Shown: in pieces, positions 49,801 to 61,988 of the stretch | Numbering within the stretch: position 1 is the stretch's first letter | Layout of the letters: each line of letters begins with the position of its first letter | From: Cyanophora paradoxa CCMP329 | Lineage: Eukaryota; Plantae; Glaucophyta | DNA: 64,000 nucleotides | Assembly: GCA_004431415.1 (NCBI GenBank) | Contig: QPMI01000005.1 | Coordinates: 496,001 to 560,000, forward strand | Direction: 5' to 3' | The notes under the pieces: generated by a model | Told to the model about the DNA's origin: nothing | Database searches by the model: none | The model's input: the letters and a program-made list of their open reading frames with translations, nothing else | Made by a program: the position numbers and the translations under genes

Positions 49801-52800
49801 GCGTCGCCCTGGCGCGCACAGGCGTCCAGTCGGCCGCGACCGCCATTACCTCGAACACGTTCCCCACGGTCAGGCCTAGGCTCCTGTTTCAGATTCCTTT
49901 CTCTCTATCGCTCACGCCGCAGCACTCAATTTCAGACTGTGTTCCCCGTGACGGGCGTGCGCAACCTCTTGCCGGGCATCACGCTCGGGCGGGCACAGGC
50001 CTCGACGACGCAGGGCCGCGCCCTCATCTACATCGGATTCGACACGCCTGCTGACGCCTCGCCTGCCGGCAACGCGACCTTTGCCGCCGTGAGCTCTGGA
50101 TTCCAGGTACGTTTCAAAAACCGTTTCAATTGCGAGATCGTGATTAACGCTGATGTGTGCCCCCTCAAAATCTAGGTCTACGGTGTGCCGGTCTCCAGCA
50201 CGGGGAACGAGTTCGGCAGCGGGACCCTCATCTCCTCCTTCCCGGCCTTCAACAGCTCGTACCTCTATCCGATCAACGCCGGCAACGCGCTCGAGGTGGA
50301 CCTCGCCGCGGCGTCCCTCGCCCAGGCGATCTGCGAGGGCCGCCCGCCCGTCATCGTCCAGCCCGACACCACCGCCGAGAACATCGGCACGGTCCGTCTC
50401 GTTTTCATGAATATTCAATACGAACGATACTCATGAAGGTTTCTTTCAGGCAATCACCGTCGCCAGCGCTGTGGCGGTCGCGGTCTCCGTCTCGGCCTCG
50501 GTCGGCGCTTCGGTCGCCGCGTCCGTCGCCGCGGCTACGGCGGGCGGCGTCGCGGGCGCGGCCGGCGCGGCGATGGCCGGCGGCATGGCCGGCGCGGTCG
50601 GCGGCGGCGTCGGCGGCGCCATGGGAGGCATCGGCGCGATGGGCGGGATGGGCGCGCTCGGCGGGATGGGCGGCCTCGGCGGCCTCGGCGGCCTTGGCGG
50701 CCTCGGCGGCCTTGGCGGCATGGGCGCGGCCGGCGCGGCCGGCGGCGCGATGGGCGGCTTCGGAGGCTTTGGCGGCAGCGCCCTGGGGCTCTTCTACGCC
50801 TCTGCGTCGGCCCCCGCCAAGGGAAACCTTCTGGGCGTGATTAACCAGGTGCGACATCCTTTCGCTTTCCTCTTGTTAACCTTCGCCTCGTCTAAGTGAT
50901 TTCGCAGGCCCAATTCGTCGCCATCACCGGATTCCTCAACTTCGACACGTGCGTACACCTCGCAATTCTGACCATAATCACATTATTAAACTCGTTCACG
51001 CGCGCTTCCTTTCAGGCCGCCGGCGTACAACGGGAGCGCTACCGGCCTCAAGTGGGCCCTGCTCTACTTCCGGCAGCCGTGGCCGGCCGGCTCCGGCCGC
51101 CAGGCGACCGTCCGCAACACCGGCGCCGGCGCCGGCTCGTCGCGGCGCCAGCTCCTCGGCATCAACGCCTTCTCCCGCGAGGCGCGCCCGCCTGCCCCGC
51201 CTTGAATGTTCTTTATTCCCAGTCAAGATCTAGCAATAGTTTATTATCAGCAACGGAAGCCAGTTAGAGTCCAAACCAATTTCGAAGTCTTTTGGTCTGA
51301 CAAAGGATTTCGCAGATCGGGGGCGAGGTGGCGTCGCCGTTCCTGGAGCAGAACCTCTTCTACGCCGCCGTCATCATGATCGGAGTGCGTTCGAAGCGGA
51401 CCTGTCTTATAATTTTCGAACGCTTTATCCACTTTAATTTTCTATGGAAAATATCCTACGGGATATCCACTTCTTCGAGTATCTGAAGCGATTTTTTCGC
51501 TTGTAGCTCGTCTCATCTTCTTGTCTGTCTTTCTTGACGCGCCCCGTGTGTCTCCTCGCAGGTCACCGTCGCCCAGGCGGTCCTCTGGCTCGTCCTCCGC
51601 GCCTTCTTCAAGATCCGCAACATGCCCTACGTGCGTTTGACTTTATGATCTCTTAATTTACAGTATTTACCCTGAGGCGCCGCGCTGATCATCACCGCTT
51701 GATTTCGCTCTCAGACCTTGCGCATCCCCAAGCCTCAGATGTGCGCTGTTTCTGTTGAATTTCGTTTCGATTCCGACCAGAGCGATTCGAAATCGTAATG
51801 CCTTCTTTCGCCGCAGTTCCGTCGTCATCCTCGCCTGTGCGAGCTCTACAATCAATATTCAGCTTAAGCGTGCCCCCGCAATAGTAATTCGACACCCTTT
51901 CCGCAGATGAGGGCTTCATTCTCGCCGCGGCAGCCACAGCCCGACTGAGTGCGCCCCGCTCCAAATGCAACTACGCGTCACCGTCTTCCGGTTTTAATGG
52001 GCTGCGCAGATGACGACTTCTGGAGGCCCACGGGCGCCATTTTGTTGGTTCGAATTGAAATGCGCACGCGATTCCTGTGGCCGCGTGCGCCTGATCGACG
52101 TCGCCCCGCTCCGCAGTCGGTCATCGGCGGCCTCTTCTTCCTGCTCGTCATCGGCATGGTGCGCTAGTATGGAAGCAGGAAGGGCGAATGCTTACTAGGC
52201 ATTCGCGCTCGCATATTAGGCGGCTTAGTAGGCGCTCGCTCGCTAATATAAGCCGCCTCGGCCCGGCGGCCGGTCCCGAATGCCTAATATAAGCCGCTTC
52301 GCCCGGGCCGGGGGCCCGGCTCGCAAATGATGATCGTGCGCCCTCGTCGACTCGGCGACCAGGTGGCGTGGCGCATCGCCTGGCGCAGGCACATCATCTA
52401 CATCGCGCGGCACGAGCCGCGCTGGACGACCTACTGGCAGCTCCGCAAGACTGGCGACGAGGTGCCCATTATATGTCTACCTCATTTCAATGTATGGAAC
52501 TTCTTAATAATTCACGTTGCTTTTCTATAGCTGGACGACGAGGAGTTCGGGTACGAGCCGCCCGAGCTGGACGGGAAGCGGCAGGCGATCATGCCGGCGC
52601 CGGGCGCGCTGGTGGCGCTGGAGGCAGAGAAGCCCCAGGACGAGTGGTCCCGCATGGCCCGGTCCGCATTACGTATTCCCTTCGAGGCCCTCACATCATG
52701 GATTTATCTGGAGCTCGACGTTTGCGCAATAGTCGATCACGTCGAAACAATACGTTAAACGCGTTGTCGGCGATCTTTGTATGACGGCGCTCTGACCGTA

Positions 52801-54796
52801 TGCACCGGGCAGGGCGCTGCGTAAGATGCGGCGGAACGCGAAGGACGGCGCCCGGGAGAACGGGCAGCGCTGGCGCCAGTCCAAGCTGCGCTACCGCCTC
52901 AACCTCTTCGCCGAATGGATCCAGTGGGACCACGGGATCTGGGCCCTGAGCCCCAAGGTCCGAAATGACTTATTTCGAGCTCTCTTAAGCTCATCTTATT
53001 TGCATGTGTTTCATTTCAGATCCGTGTGGACGCGGACGAGCACAAGAGCGGGCTCTGGCCGCTCCTCAACTTCCGCTGGACATTCACGCCCTTCTTCGAG
53101 AACTACCGCGGCGACAACTTCGGCCGCTGGTTCGGCGTCTGGGTGCGCGCCGCGCGGGTTTCGCTCTCCCATCTATAAGATTTGCGAGCTAGGAATAGAA
53201 TATTCGTAGTTTTTTATGTAGAGAGTTTGATAATAAGAACTAGAATTCTAGCTGGGCGCGGGTTTCGCCCTCGCGGACTCTGCATCTTCTGACGTCCAAC
53301 TCGCCCTTCCCTCGCTTGCAGGACCTGCTGCGCAAGCTCGTCACCGGCCTCGCGATCGGTGCGGCTACTCGATATTAATTTCAATTCCATCCCTGACTCG
53401 CGGGCGGCAGGCCTCATCATCGATGACCAGGACCCGACGCGCGACTGGTGCGCGCTCGGCGCAATTTGACAATTGCAATATTATAACCAATCAGCCGCAC
53501 GATAATGAAGCAATAGCTCCCAGCGGGAGCTTGAAAATGAAGCTCTAGCTTGCGTCAGAACATTAACGCTGACGCTGATGATCGAGAGTTTCATTACAAG
53601 CACGCAAGCTAAGAATATTGCCCTGATGATCTAGATCTAGATCTAGGGTTTCATTAAGAGCACGCAAGCTAAGAGTAATGCGCAGGTACATCAAGCTGCA
53701 GATGGGCATCCTTATCTTCATGTGCGGCTTCGAGACCCTCTTCGTCGCCGTCTTCATGCCCTTCCGGTGAGCGCCGTCCTGCAGCGCTGTTTAAGTTAAA
53801 AAAGAGCTCTTCATAGTTAAATAAGAGCTCTTCTCCTTCGAGTTCGCTTGGCCGGAGTGATTTGATTTCTGATTGCGAGTGGCACTGCGGCAGGGAGCGC
53901 ATCGAGAACTACGTGCAGATCCTCATCAACTCGTGCCAGGTGCTCCGATCTGAGGCTTCAAATTCCCGGCGCCCGTGCACTATATAGCAGAATTTTCATT
54001 TCGGCCCGGCGGCCTGTTGTCTCATTTTCATTCGTGCTAAACGACCCTCCGCAGGTCACGGTCCTGGGCCTGCTCCTCGCGATCGGCATCGGGATGATCG
54101 ACGGCAGCACCGACTACATGGCCCGTGCGCACTGGAAATCCGCTTTGCCTTCCTCTTTTCTATGCTATGCTCTCTTCCTATGCATTATATTTAAGCACGC
54201 CCCTGCAGGCGCCGCGTCCATCATCCAGATCATCGCGACGCTCATTCTGCTGCTGAACACCATCCGCGCCGAGCGCGCCATGTTCGCCGCCGGCTTCCGC
54301 AAGGTACTGCAAACCAAATATTCTATATAGAATACTTAGAAGTTGTTGAAAAATCTAGATCTACAACTAACTAACTACAAATAGTCTGCATTCGTTGTTG
54401 AAGAATCGCCAAAGGATGTTAACGTTCGACTCGCAGCTGGTGATGGTCTTCCGCTACTGCTGCGGGCGGCGCGGGCCTTCGAAGCGCCGCCCCGCCCCGA
54501 GCTCCCTGGAGGCCGACGGCCAGCGCCAGCGGCAGGGCGGCGACGCCGGTACCGGCGGCCGATCGTTCGCCGAGCGCATCTTCGGTGCATCGGAGGAGGA
54601 GGAGCTGACGCGGCGGGAGCGCGAGGAGCTGGAGACCGAGGCCCGCCGCCGCAACAAGCTCGCCGAGGCGTACCTCCAGCACGCCCACGGGGGCGCCGGC
54701 GCCGGCGGCCCCTACCTGGCGCCCCCGCCGCCGCCGGCTTCGGCGCCGGGTCGTATGGCCGGAGCCAACTCGGAGAGGCCCACCGTCTACCTCTGA
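34828..54796 (+). CDS. Giant multi-exon cell-surface protein: signal/anchor, beta-rich ectodomain (Ser/Thr-rich Ig-like repeats, Kelch, PKD-like, VWA), C-terminal TRP_C/FLC-like multi-pass membrane domain
   Basis: Exon phases were consistent wherever checked. Hydrophobic leader LGLLLAAVAILSILFAA; Kelch (PSARSGATAV, YVFGGQ..YYNDLWLLN, ~44000-44830); VTSP...W repeats; PKD-like SYLWRE and SYEWYLNG; VWA DIVFVLDS (49440); TM region GVINQAQFVAITGFL...PFFENYRG...DLLRKLVTG...MPFRERIENY. Stop TGA at 54794-54796. Start approximate; roughly 4000+ aa by estimate. Confidence 0.8.
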
Positions 54797-55667
54797 TCAT
54801 GATCATGAGTTAAAAGACTGTGAACGGACACGAGACAATAAATAAAACCGAGCTCCCGCTTTTCCGCCAGGCTACAGCTTGTGCATTTGTAGGCTTTTCG
54901 CTTTCAGTTTTCGCGAAGATATAGAGCAGGCAGCCATTATGCATGTGCCGCGGTGCCGCATCTGATCTAAAATTCGCGCGCTCTCTGGCCTCGCTTTCAA
55001 TCTCTATTGCTTCGCGCTTTTGTATGTAACTCATATATATAAGCCACTTCCTCATTCAAAGCGAAGATGTAGAAACGATTGACGTTGTCGCGTTTTTCGC
55101 TTTAGTTAGATAGCAAATCCGATGATCCGCGGTTCCCGGCGTTCTGTAAAGTTCGCCGAAGCTCCAGAGCAGAGTTATTGCAGCCCAGACCCAGAATATG
55201 TCCGACGGTCGAAGTCCCCACTGGGCCACTAGTTCGCCGGGCAGTCGTAGACTCGTAGTCAGCTGCAGCGGCTTCAACGCCGGACATACATATACATCGC
55301 CAATTGTGCGATCTTCAGTGCACTGCACTCTCTTCGCATCAGTTTTATTCAACTCACTGCCCTCTCTTCGCAGAGTTTTATTCACAACGTACCGCGCACT
55401 CTTATTTTCGCACTTATTTTCTGATATTGTGCCTGTAGGGCTTAAATCTATGCCGCAGTGCGCAGCGAGCGTGCTAGCGCTGAGCTGAGTTGTGCACTGC
55501 GGAAACACCCTAGTCGTGCTTTCGAAAGAATTCGAATTCGAGTCGAATAAAGTCGCCCCCGGAGGCGTACGGGGCCCCGGGGGTGGAAAGGGGGAGGGGG
55601 GTGGGGCCGCCGGGCACTCGCGGGGACACCAACATCCGCAGGCCGTCCGCCTCTGCTGCGTGCTTCT

Positions 55668-55676
55668 AGAGAGAGA

Positions 55677-55754
<78 letters not shown>
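55668..55754. repeat. (GA)n microsatellite
   Basis: About 40 GA units with two TA interruptions. Confidence 0.98.
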
Positions 55755-55757
<3 letters not shown>

Positions 55758-56389
55758 TCCGCACGCGCCTCCGCCCACTCACGGCAGGCTTCGGCCGCGT
55801 GGCCGTCGGAAGCGCATAGTGATGCGCGAATATTAATGGAGGCCCGGCCGCCGCAGAACAGTCTCGCCGCAGTCACTGCCGATGAGCCTCGGAGGTCCCT
55901 CTTTGTTTTTTTGGGGGCCCCCCGGCACGGGGCAGGGTACCAGCGCCCGCGCGCGCCGGCCCCGGCCATTCTATGATATCACCCCTTAAGGTTTACATTC
56001 ATGCCTTATATAATTAATTCAAAGATTCAGGCTTCTTGAATTTGAAGCGCTTCAAACGATTCAAACGATTCAAACGAAGGGCCGGGCTAAGATCTAGACT
56101 GCTTTATCACTACGATTCTACTGCTGCATCACTGTGACAGGCTAAGAGGAAGGGCCTGGAGGGCCCCACAGCCTGAGGGCCCCTGGAAGTCGAACGGCGG
56201 CGGCGGCGGCGTGCCAGCCGCGGCTCGCGAGCAGGAGGAGGGGGCGGGGCCCGGGGGAGGAGGTGCCCCGAACGGTCCCGGAGAAAGAAGAGGACCCCTA
56301 GCCCTGGAAGCTTAGGGCTTAGGTGAAAGGCGGCGGCGCCGCCGCGGGCTCGATGGGGGTCCGGGAGTACTAGTCGAGGCCCGGGCGAG

Positions 56390-57668
56390 CTAGCGCGAGT
56401 CGGCGGCGCCGAGGAGCTGCACGATCTCCGCGAGCGGCGGGGGCAGCTGCACGGCGGCGTTGAGACTCGCCATGCGGCGGGCGAACTGCATGGAGGTCTT
56501 GAGGAGGCTCTCGGGCAGGCCGTCTCCGTCCTCGCCGTCCGACTCATCGCCGGGGCCCGGCGCTGCGCGGCGTCTCAGATCAAATCATGCGGAGGCGGCG
56601 GGGCTCGGGCCCGCGCACGGCGGGGGGGTAGAGGGGGCACGGATGCGAGCGCCCCGGACTCGATCGCCTCGCGCACGCGCCGCAGGGCCTCGTCGTCGCC
56701 TGCCGCGGGGGTCGGGCCGGGGCGCAGGCCTAGGCCGCCATGCAGCCGGCTAGCGCTGGGGTCACGCACCGAACTCGCCCCCGCGGACGGCGTCGGCGAT
56801 CTGAAGGCAGCGCTCCTTCACGAGCCAGTACTCGAAGACGCAGAAGCAGAGGGGCTGGAGCATTGCTCTCTTCCTGCGCGCGGCCGCGGGGCGAAGTGTG
56901 GAAGGGGCCAGATAGAGGCCGCGCGGGCGTGAGAGGGGCACCGGTAGAAGAAGTGGACGGCGCTGCAGAGCTCGTCGCGGGCGATGCGGCCCGGCGTCTC
57001 CACCTCCGGGCGCTGAGGGCCTCCGACGCAGTCGCGAAGCATGCAGGTTGCAGCGATCACCTGCCGTGCTCCGCGCGCCCAAGCAGGTCATGATCAGCTG
57101 GGCTGCTTCGAAAATTCTAGATCCAGGGACATTCCGGGATCGCTCACCGACCGCAGGACCGTGGGAATCTGCATCACGCCCAGCTGCCGTCCCGCATGCG
57201 CATCCCCCAGGTGTTTTAGCATCGCGTCGCAAACGATGCTGGCCCCGGCGACGCGCGCGCGGGCTCGGGCTGCGGGGCCGCCCGCGTCGTCCTCGCAGTA
57301 GCGCTCGAAGCTCGGCACGCCGAAGAGTGGCAGGATCTTGTCCCGAACGGCGTCCAGGAGGTCGGACGGCGACGGGCCGCATTCCAGCAGCAGGCGCGGC
57401 GGGCCTGCCGGCACGAGATGCCGGACACGGCTCTGGAATGCGGGTGCGAGGCGCTCGGCGTCGACAGCGATGATGAATCGGCCCTCCGAACTCAGTCTCT
57501 CTGCCTCCTCGCGGGAGAGCCCCGCGAGCGGGTCCGCTACACGCGCGCATGTCACATGGGGAATCTAAGCGGGAGAAGAGCGGGCGGGGCCGGCGCACGG
57601 CGAGCCTCGTACGCTTCACGCCACCCGCGCGGCGGACAGCCCGCGCAGCTCCCGCCGGCTGGTCGCAT
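56390..57668 (-). CDS. Hypothetical spliced protein
   Basis: Coding-like segments (DPLAGLSREEAERLSSEGRFIIAVD..., GRIARDELCSAVHFFY, LPESLLKTSMQFARRMASLN) with plausible GT-AG borders; TAG at 56390. No family recognised and the start is uncertain. Confidence 0.5.
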
Positions 57669-57805
57669 GTCCTCGACGCCGCTCTGCCTCGATTTTGGCG
57701 CTGCGCTGCCGCGGCGGCGAGCTCGACGCAAACTTTGTTCAAGTTCGCTGACCTAGACGGGTACCGTGCTTTTGAAGCTTCCCGCCTGGCGCACGAAGAA
57801 GCGCA

Positions 57806-59683
57806 ATGGCCCGGGAGCGAGCGGCGAAGCGCAGCCGCAAGGAGGAGCCGCCCAGTAGTGCGGCCGGTCCGTCGGAGGCTGCCAGCGGGCAGCAGGATCT
57901 GAATCCCTTCGCGCGCCTGCCGGATGCGCTGGTGCAGAACATCTTCAGCAAGCTCGATGCATTGAAAGCGTACGAAGAATCGAAGCTATGGGCAGTAGAT
58001 CGGCGGTTCCGGCAGTTGCTGCCTGGCGTGCTGTGGACGAGCCTGACGGTGGACGCTGACGGTCGAGCCCACGATGACAGTGAGGACATTGTCATCAGCA
58101 AGCAGAGCCTTGCACAGGCCGTGCGGCGGTCGGCAAGCTTTCAGAAGCAGCTGCAGCGTTTCACAGACCGCCTCGGGACCCGCCAAATGCTTGGCGTGGA
58201 GTTCTTGTCCATCGGATCCGTGCTGCCGAATGGGTTGCGTTTTTCATTCGAAGACGAAGAAGACGACCGGAAGGAGATGATGATGCACGGGCAGCGCATT
58301 ACGGACCGCATCATTAGTGAGGGCCACTTTGAGCTCGTCCTGTCCTGCCCCATTCTGATTCGTGCGCGCAGGCTTGCTTGCTGCTGCCGCGACGGCTGCG
58401 GTTCCACCCGAATCGATCGACTTCGGAGTTAACTGGTACTATTCGCGATGCTCGTCCGACAGGCAGCGCGAGCTGGGCCTCGATCCCGTGTCGCTGAAGC
58501 ACGTGGCGGCCTCGTTCCTCGCCGCGCTGTTGCCAGCACGCCTGAGGTGTATCAAGACCTTCTGCTTCAAGTTTGGAGAGGCTCTCGCATCTGTTGTGAC
58601 CCGCGGTTCGCCCGTCTTCGCTGTGCGTCGTCGACCCTTTCGATGACCTTGCGCTCAGAGTGCGCCCCATCACTTCAGAAGCTCCATTTATATACTTCGT
58701 CATTGTTGAGGCAAAACGTCGTAAGTGGTCAGCTTCTCACGCTTCATTGCGTTCTCACTTCCTGACACCCTGCAGGCCCGCGTGGTCGCGGCGTTCTCGG
58801 AGCTGCGCTCGTTGGAAATCACGATCGAGGGCGGCGAAGCGCTGCAGGAGATCGCGGGCTGCGCGCACCTAGAGGAGCTTGAAGTGTTTATCAGATCGGT
58901 CGACGAGCACGTCGCGGAGGCGCTCGCCGCAATCGCGGCCGGCCCGTCTGGCGCGAGACTGCGCAAGCTCGTCCTCAGCGCTTATCAGCAGCGCTTCATG
59001 GACTCCCAGTGCCTCGCACCCGTGCTACGCCTCGACTCTCTCGAAAAGCTCTCCATCGCGGTCCGTACCCCCCTTTTGCGGCCATACTTAGGCCATACTT
59101 CCGGCTCACCTGATTGCCCGCGCAGGTCGGGCCGGACTGCGCCGCCCTCCTGCCCGCCCTGGGCCGCCTGGAGCGGCTGAAGGCGCTCGACCTCACTTTG
59201 AATCTCTCTGGATCGACGGACGGCGGCGCGGGGCTCCTGCGCGCCGGCGCGGAGCTGCTCCGCAGCAAGGCCGGGCAGGGGCTCGAGAAGTGCACGCTCC
59301 GCGTCCGCACCGCGGAGCAGAGCGGCCCAGTCGACGCCGCAGCCCTTAGCGACCTAGTCGAAGCTGTCCTCGCATCATCCTCTGTCGTAGATTTGGAGCT
59401 AGACTGCGCGTTTCCTGCGAACTCTCTTGCGACGCTGCCCTGCTGCGGCCCGCGGCTCCGCAGGCTTTCCCTTTCCTGTTGGCTGCCTTCCGGCGACGAT
59501 GCCATTCTCGAACTTGCCCCTTTTCGCGGGCTGCTCGCTCTTTCCCCAGAGAGCCACCCGAGGCTTTCTGTTTATGTTGGGGTGAAGGCCCGCCATCTCA
59601 CCGCGAAGAGTTCGAGCTTGATACTTTCGAGTTGGTTCAGGGATTCCAAAGTAGTTCGGCTTGGCCCCTTCATACACTGCTAA
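57806..59683 (+). CDS. F-box / LRR (RNI-like) protein, copy 1
   Basis: NPFARLPDALVQNIFSKL...AVDRRFRQL (F-box) followed by LxxLxL repeats (FSELRSLEI, CAHLEELEV, RLRKLVL, RLKALDL); spliced. Confidence 0.85.
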
Positions 59684-59794
59684 CTATAGCTAGCGCTTTA
59701 GCTGGGTCTCTAGATCTTCAGCTCTTCTTCAGCTGTAGGCTTTTGTAGTAAGTCAAGTTCAAGAGTTCATCGCGGTTGCAGGCTACTCCGAGGC

Positions 59795-61392
59795 TCATGG
59801 GGCTCTAGATCTCGAGAGGGGGAGAGAGGGGGGGGGAGCGGGGATGGGAGAGGAGCGGGCGCGCATCATGGCGGCGGGCGGGGACGGATTGGACGAGGGG
59901 CGCCCCGAGGGGGCGGGGGAGCCTGAGGGCGGGAGGCTCGCGCCGGGCGGCGGCTGCGGCCCGCGGCCCGCCCCCCGGAGCCGGAAGAAGAGGCCGTGCC
60001 TTCAGGCGACGTTCCCGAGCTGCCACTGCTTCCGATAGTAGTCCACCACGATCCGCTCCGCCCGAAAGCCGAACCGCTGCGGCCGAAGGGTCAGGTGCTC
60101 AGACAGTCGGGGCGGACAGGGGGAGGGGGCGGGAGAGAGAGAGGGGGGGGAGGCAAGGGGGTGGTACTTGGAAAAAGGCCGCGCCGGCGCCGTTGTGCGC
60201 CCCGGCGTGGGCCGTGGCGTCCCGCGCCGGGCACAGCTGCCGAGGCCGTGTCAGAAACAGGGCGAAGCGAGGGGAAAGGAGGGTACGGCTTGGAAAGCAG
60301 AGGGACGGGGGGAGGAGGGGGCGTGGGAGGGGTACCGGGAGGAAGGCCGCACCAGAGTTGTTGTCCGCTCCCGGGTGCGCGGCTGCATCCCGCGCGGGTT
60401 ACAGCTGCAAGCTCAGCTGCCGAGGCCCGCGTCAGGGACTGGGAGAGGGGGCCACCGGGGGTACGGCCTGCCTGCAGGCTGGAGTACAGGAGGAAGGAGG
60501 CCACGCCGGCGCGGCGCCAGTGCGGGTCCACCCCGGGGTACAGCACGTACCTGAAGCCTCGTCAGGCCGGGGTACGGTGAATACGAAGCAACAGGCGTAC
60601 CCCCGGTTGGTCATGACGGCGCAGCCGATGACGCGCTTGCAGTACAGGGCGACGGCGGTGAGCTCCGGGAACGCCGCGGCCGCCTCAGACGCTGCGGCGG
60701 AGCGTGGGCGGGGCACAGCGAAGGAGGCGGGGTACGGCTCACTGTCGATGTTGGGCCTCAGGACCTCCGAAAGGAGGCGGTTCGCCTGCGCGCGGGGCGG
60801 GTCGGCGGGCTGCGGGCGGGGTGCAGCGACGGGGCGGACCTGCGAGACCAGGCGCGGCTGCAGGTGGCAGTAGTCGATGGGCCCCCGCTGGTACGGCCCC
60901 GCCACGTCGCGCGCGGTGCCGAGCCTGCGGCGGGCGGGCGTCGCGGGGCGGGAGAGGGCTCGGCGCGCGGCTGCGGCGGCCGCGCGTCGGAGGCGCGCGG
61001 GCATAAGAGAGGTACACGGACCTCAAGGTGGGCCAGGGCAGCAACGAGATCGGTGTGTCGCGGAACGAGGACGAGATGCACGCGTCGGTGCGTCGGTGCG
61101 TCGGTGAGGGCGAGGGGAGAGGCCACGGGGAGGGCCGCTATTGGCAGCGAGCTGGACGAAGGACGCTCCAGCCTTCTCCTTCGGAGACTGCCGTGCTGCG
61201 CCGAAAGCGTCGCCACTCCGCGAGGAGCCGCCTGCCACCAGGACAGCTGCGTGCGGGGCGGAACGCGAGCACGGGCGGAAAGACGGGCGGCGCGCGGAAC
61301 GTCTCGCGGGAGATCTCGCGGGAGGTGGGAACTTGCGCGGAGAGCGGGAGAGCGCGTGCGGGGCAGATCTCGCGGGAGGTGGGAACTTGCAT
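59795..61392 (-). pseudogene. KAT14/CSRP2BP (ATAC2)-like GNAT acetyltransferase, probably degenerate, in-frame TGA at 60002-60004
   Basis: Spliced: GPIDYCHLQP...RPNIDTSE...FPELTAVALYCKRVIG...GVDPHWRRAGVASFLLY...RDATAH...FFQRFGFRAERIVVDYY...*RHGLFFRLR. This parallels the recalled KAT14 motifs PIDYCY, WPGID, VHPEWRRAGIATF, QKFGF and CKHAFFLRLRR. 5' end uncertain. Confidence 0.75.
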
Positions 61393-61988
61393 GACCACGG
61401 GAACGTCGCAACGCAGCCTCAGCCCTTCGCAGCCGCGCCACCTCGAGCCTCTGCACCACGAGGACGGCTGCATCGGCCGGCTACACGCGGGGCGGAAAGC
61501 GCGGGCGAAACGAAGGCGAGGCGTGGCAGGCGGCAGCGGCCTGCGCAAGGAACCGCTCCGGCCGCTCCATACACCCCAAGTGCCACGCCGAGCCGCAAGG
61601 CCTGCTGCGCAAGGAGCGGGCGTGAGCGCGGCCGCGGCCCGTAAGAGCGACGGCGAGGCGCGGCGGAGGGCGTTGCGCACACCTGGCTCCGCGTCTGCAG
61701 GCGCACCGACGCCGACGCAGCGCGGCAGGGGAGCGCGGAATTCCAGGGGCCCCCGTTCTAGCACGTTCACAAGCCCCGAGCTGCATGTGCACATCGCCGG
61801 AAAAAAACAACGGGGGGCGACAGCTTCGACGGGTAGGAGTGACCGGGAGTCTTGGCGTGGCGTAGCCATAGCCCTTCGATCCAGATCATCCGGCTCTGCC
61901 GCGTACGCTAGCAGCGCTGCGCGACCTGCAGCTGGCCGCTCTCTGCTGGCTCGCTCCGCCGCGAGAACGAACAGCTGAGAAGGTAGCG

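Noticed and set aside
52180-52325. Possible MITE or introner in an intron (CTAATATAAGCCGC x2 and inverted copies)
   Set aside because: No clear TIR/TSD pair and no second copy in the window; introns here share no common sequence family.
55056-55778. 240-aa minus-strand ORF
   Set aside because: It runs through the (GA)n microsatellite and short local duplications, with no recognisable protein features.
60002-60004. Genome-wide TGA reassignment
   Set aside because: TGA ends the giant gene (54794) and F-box copy 2 (63869), and no other in-frame TGA was needed in the exons I reconstructed.
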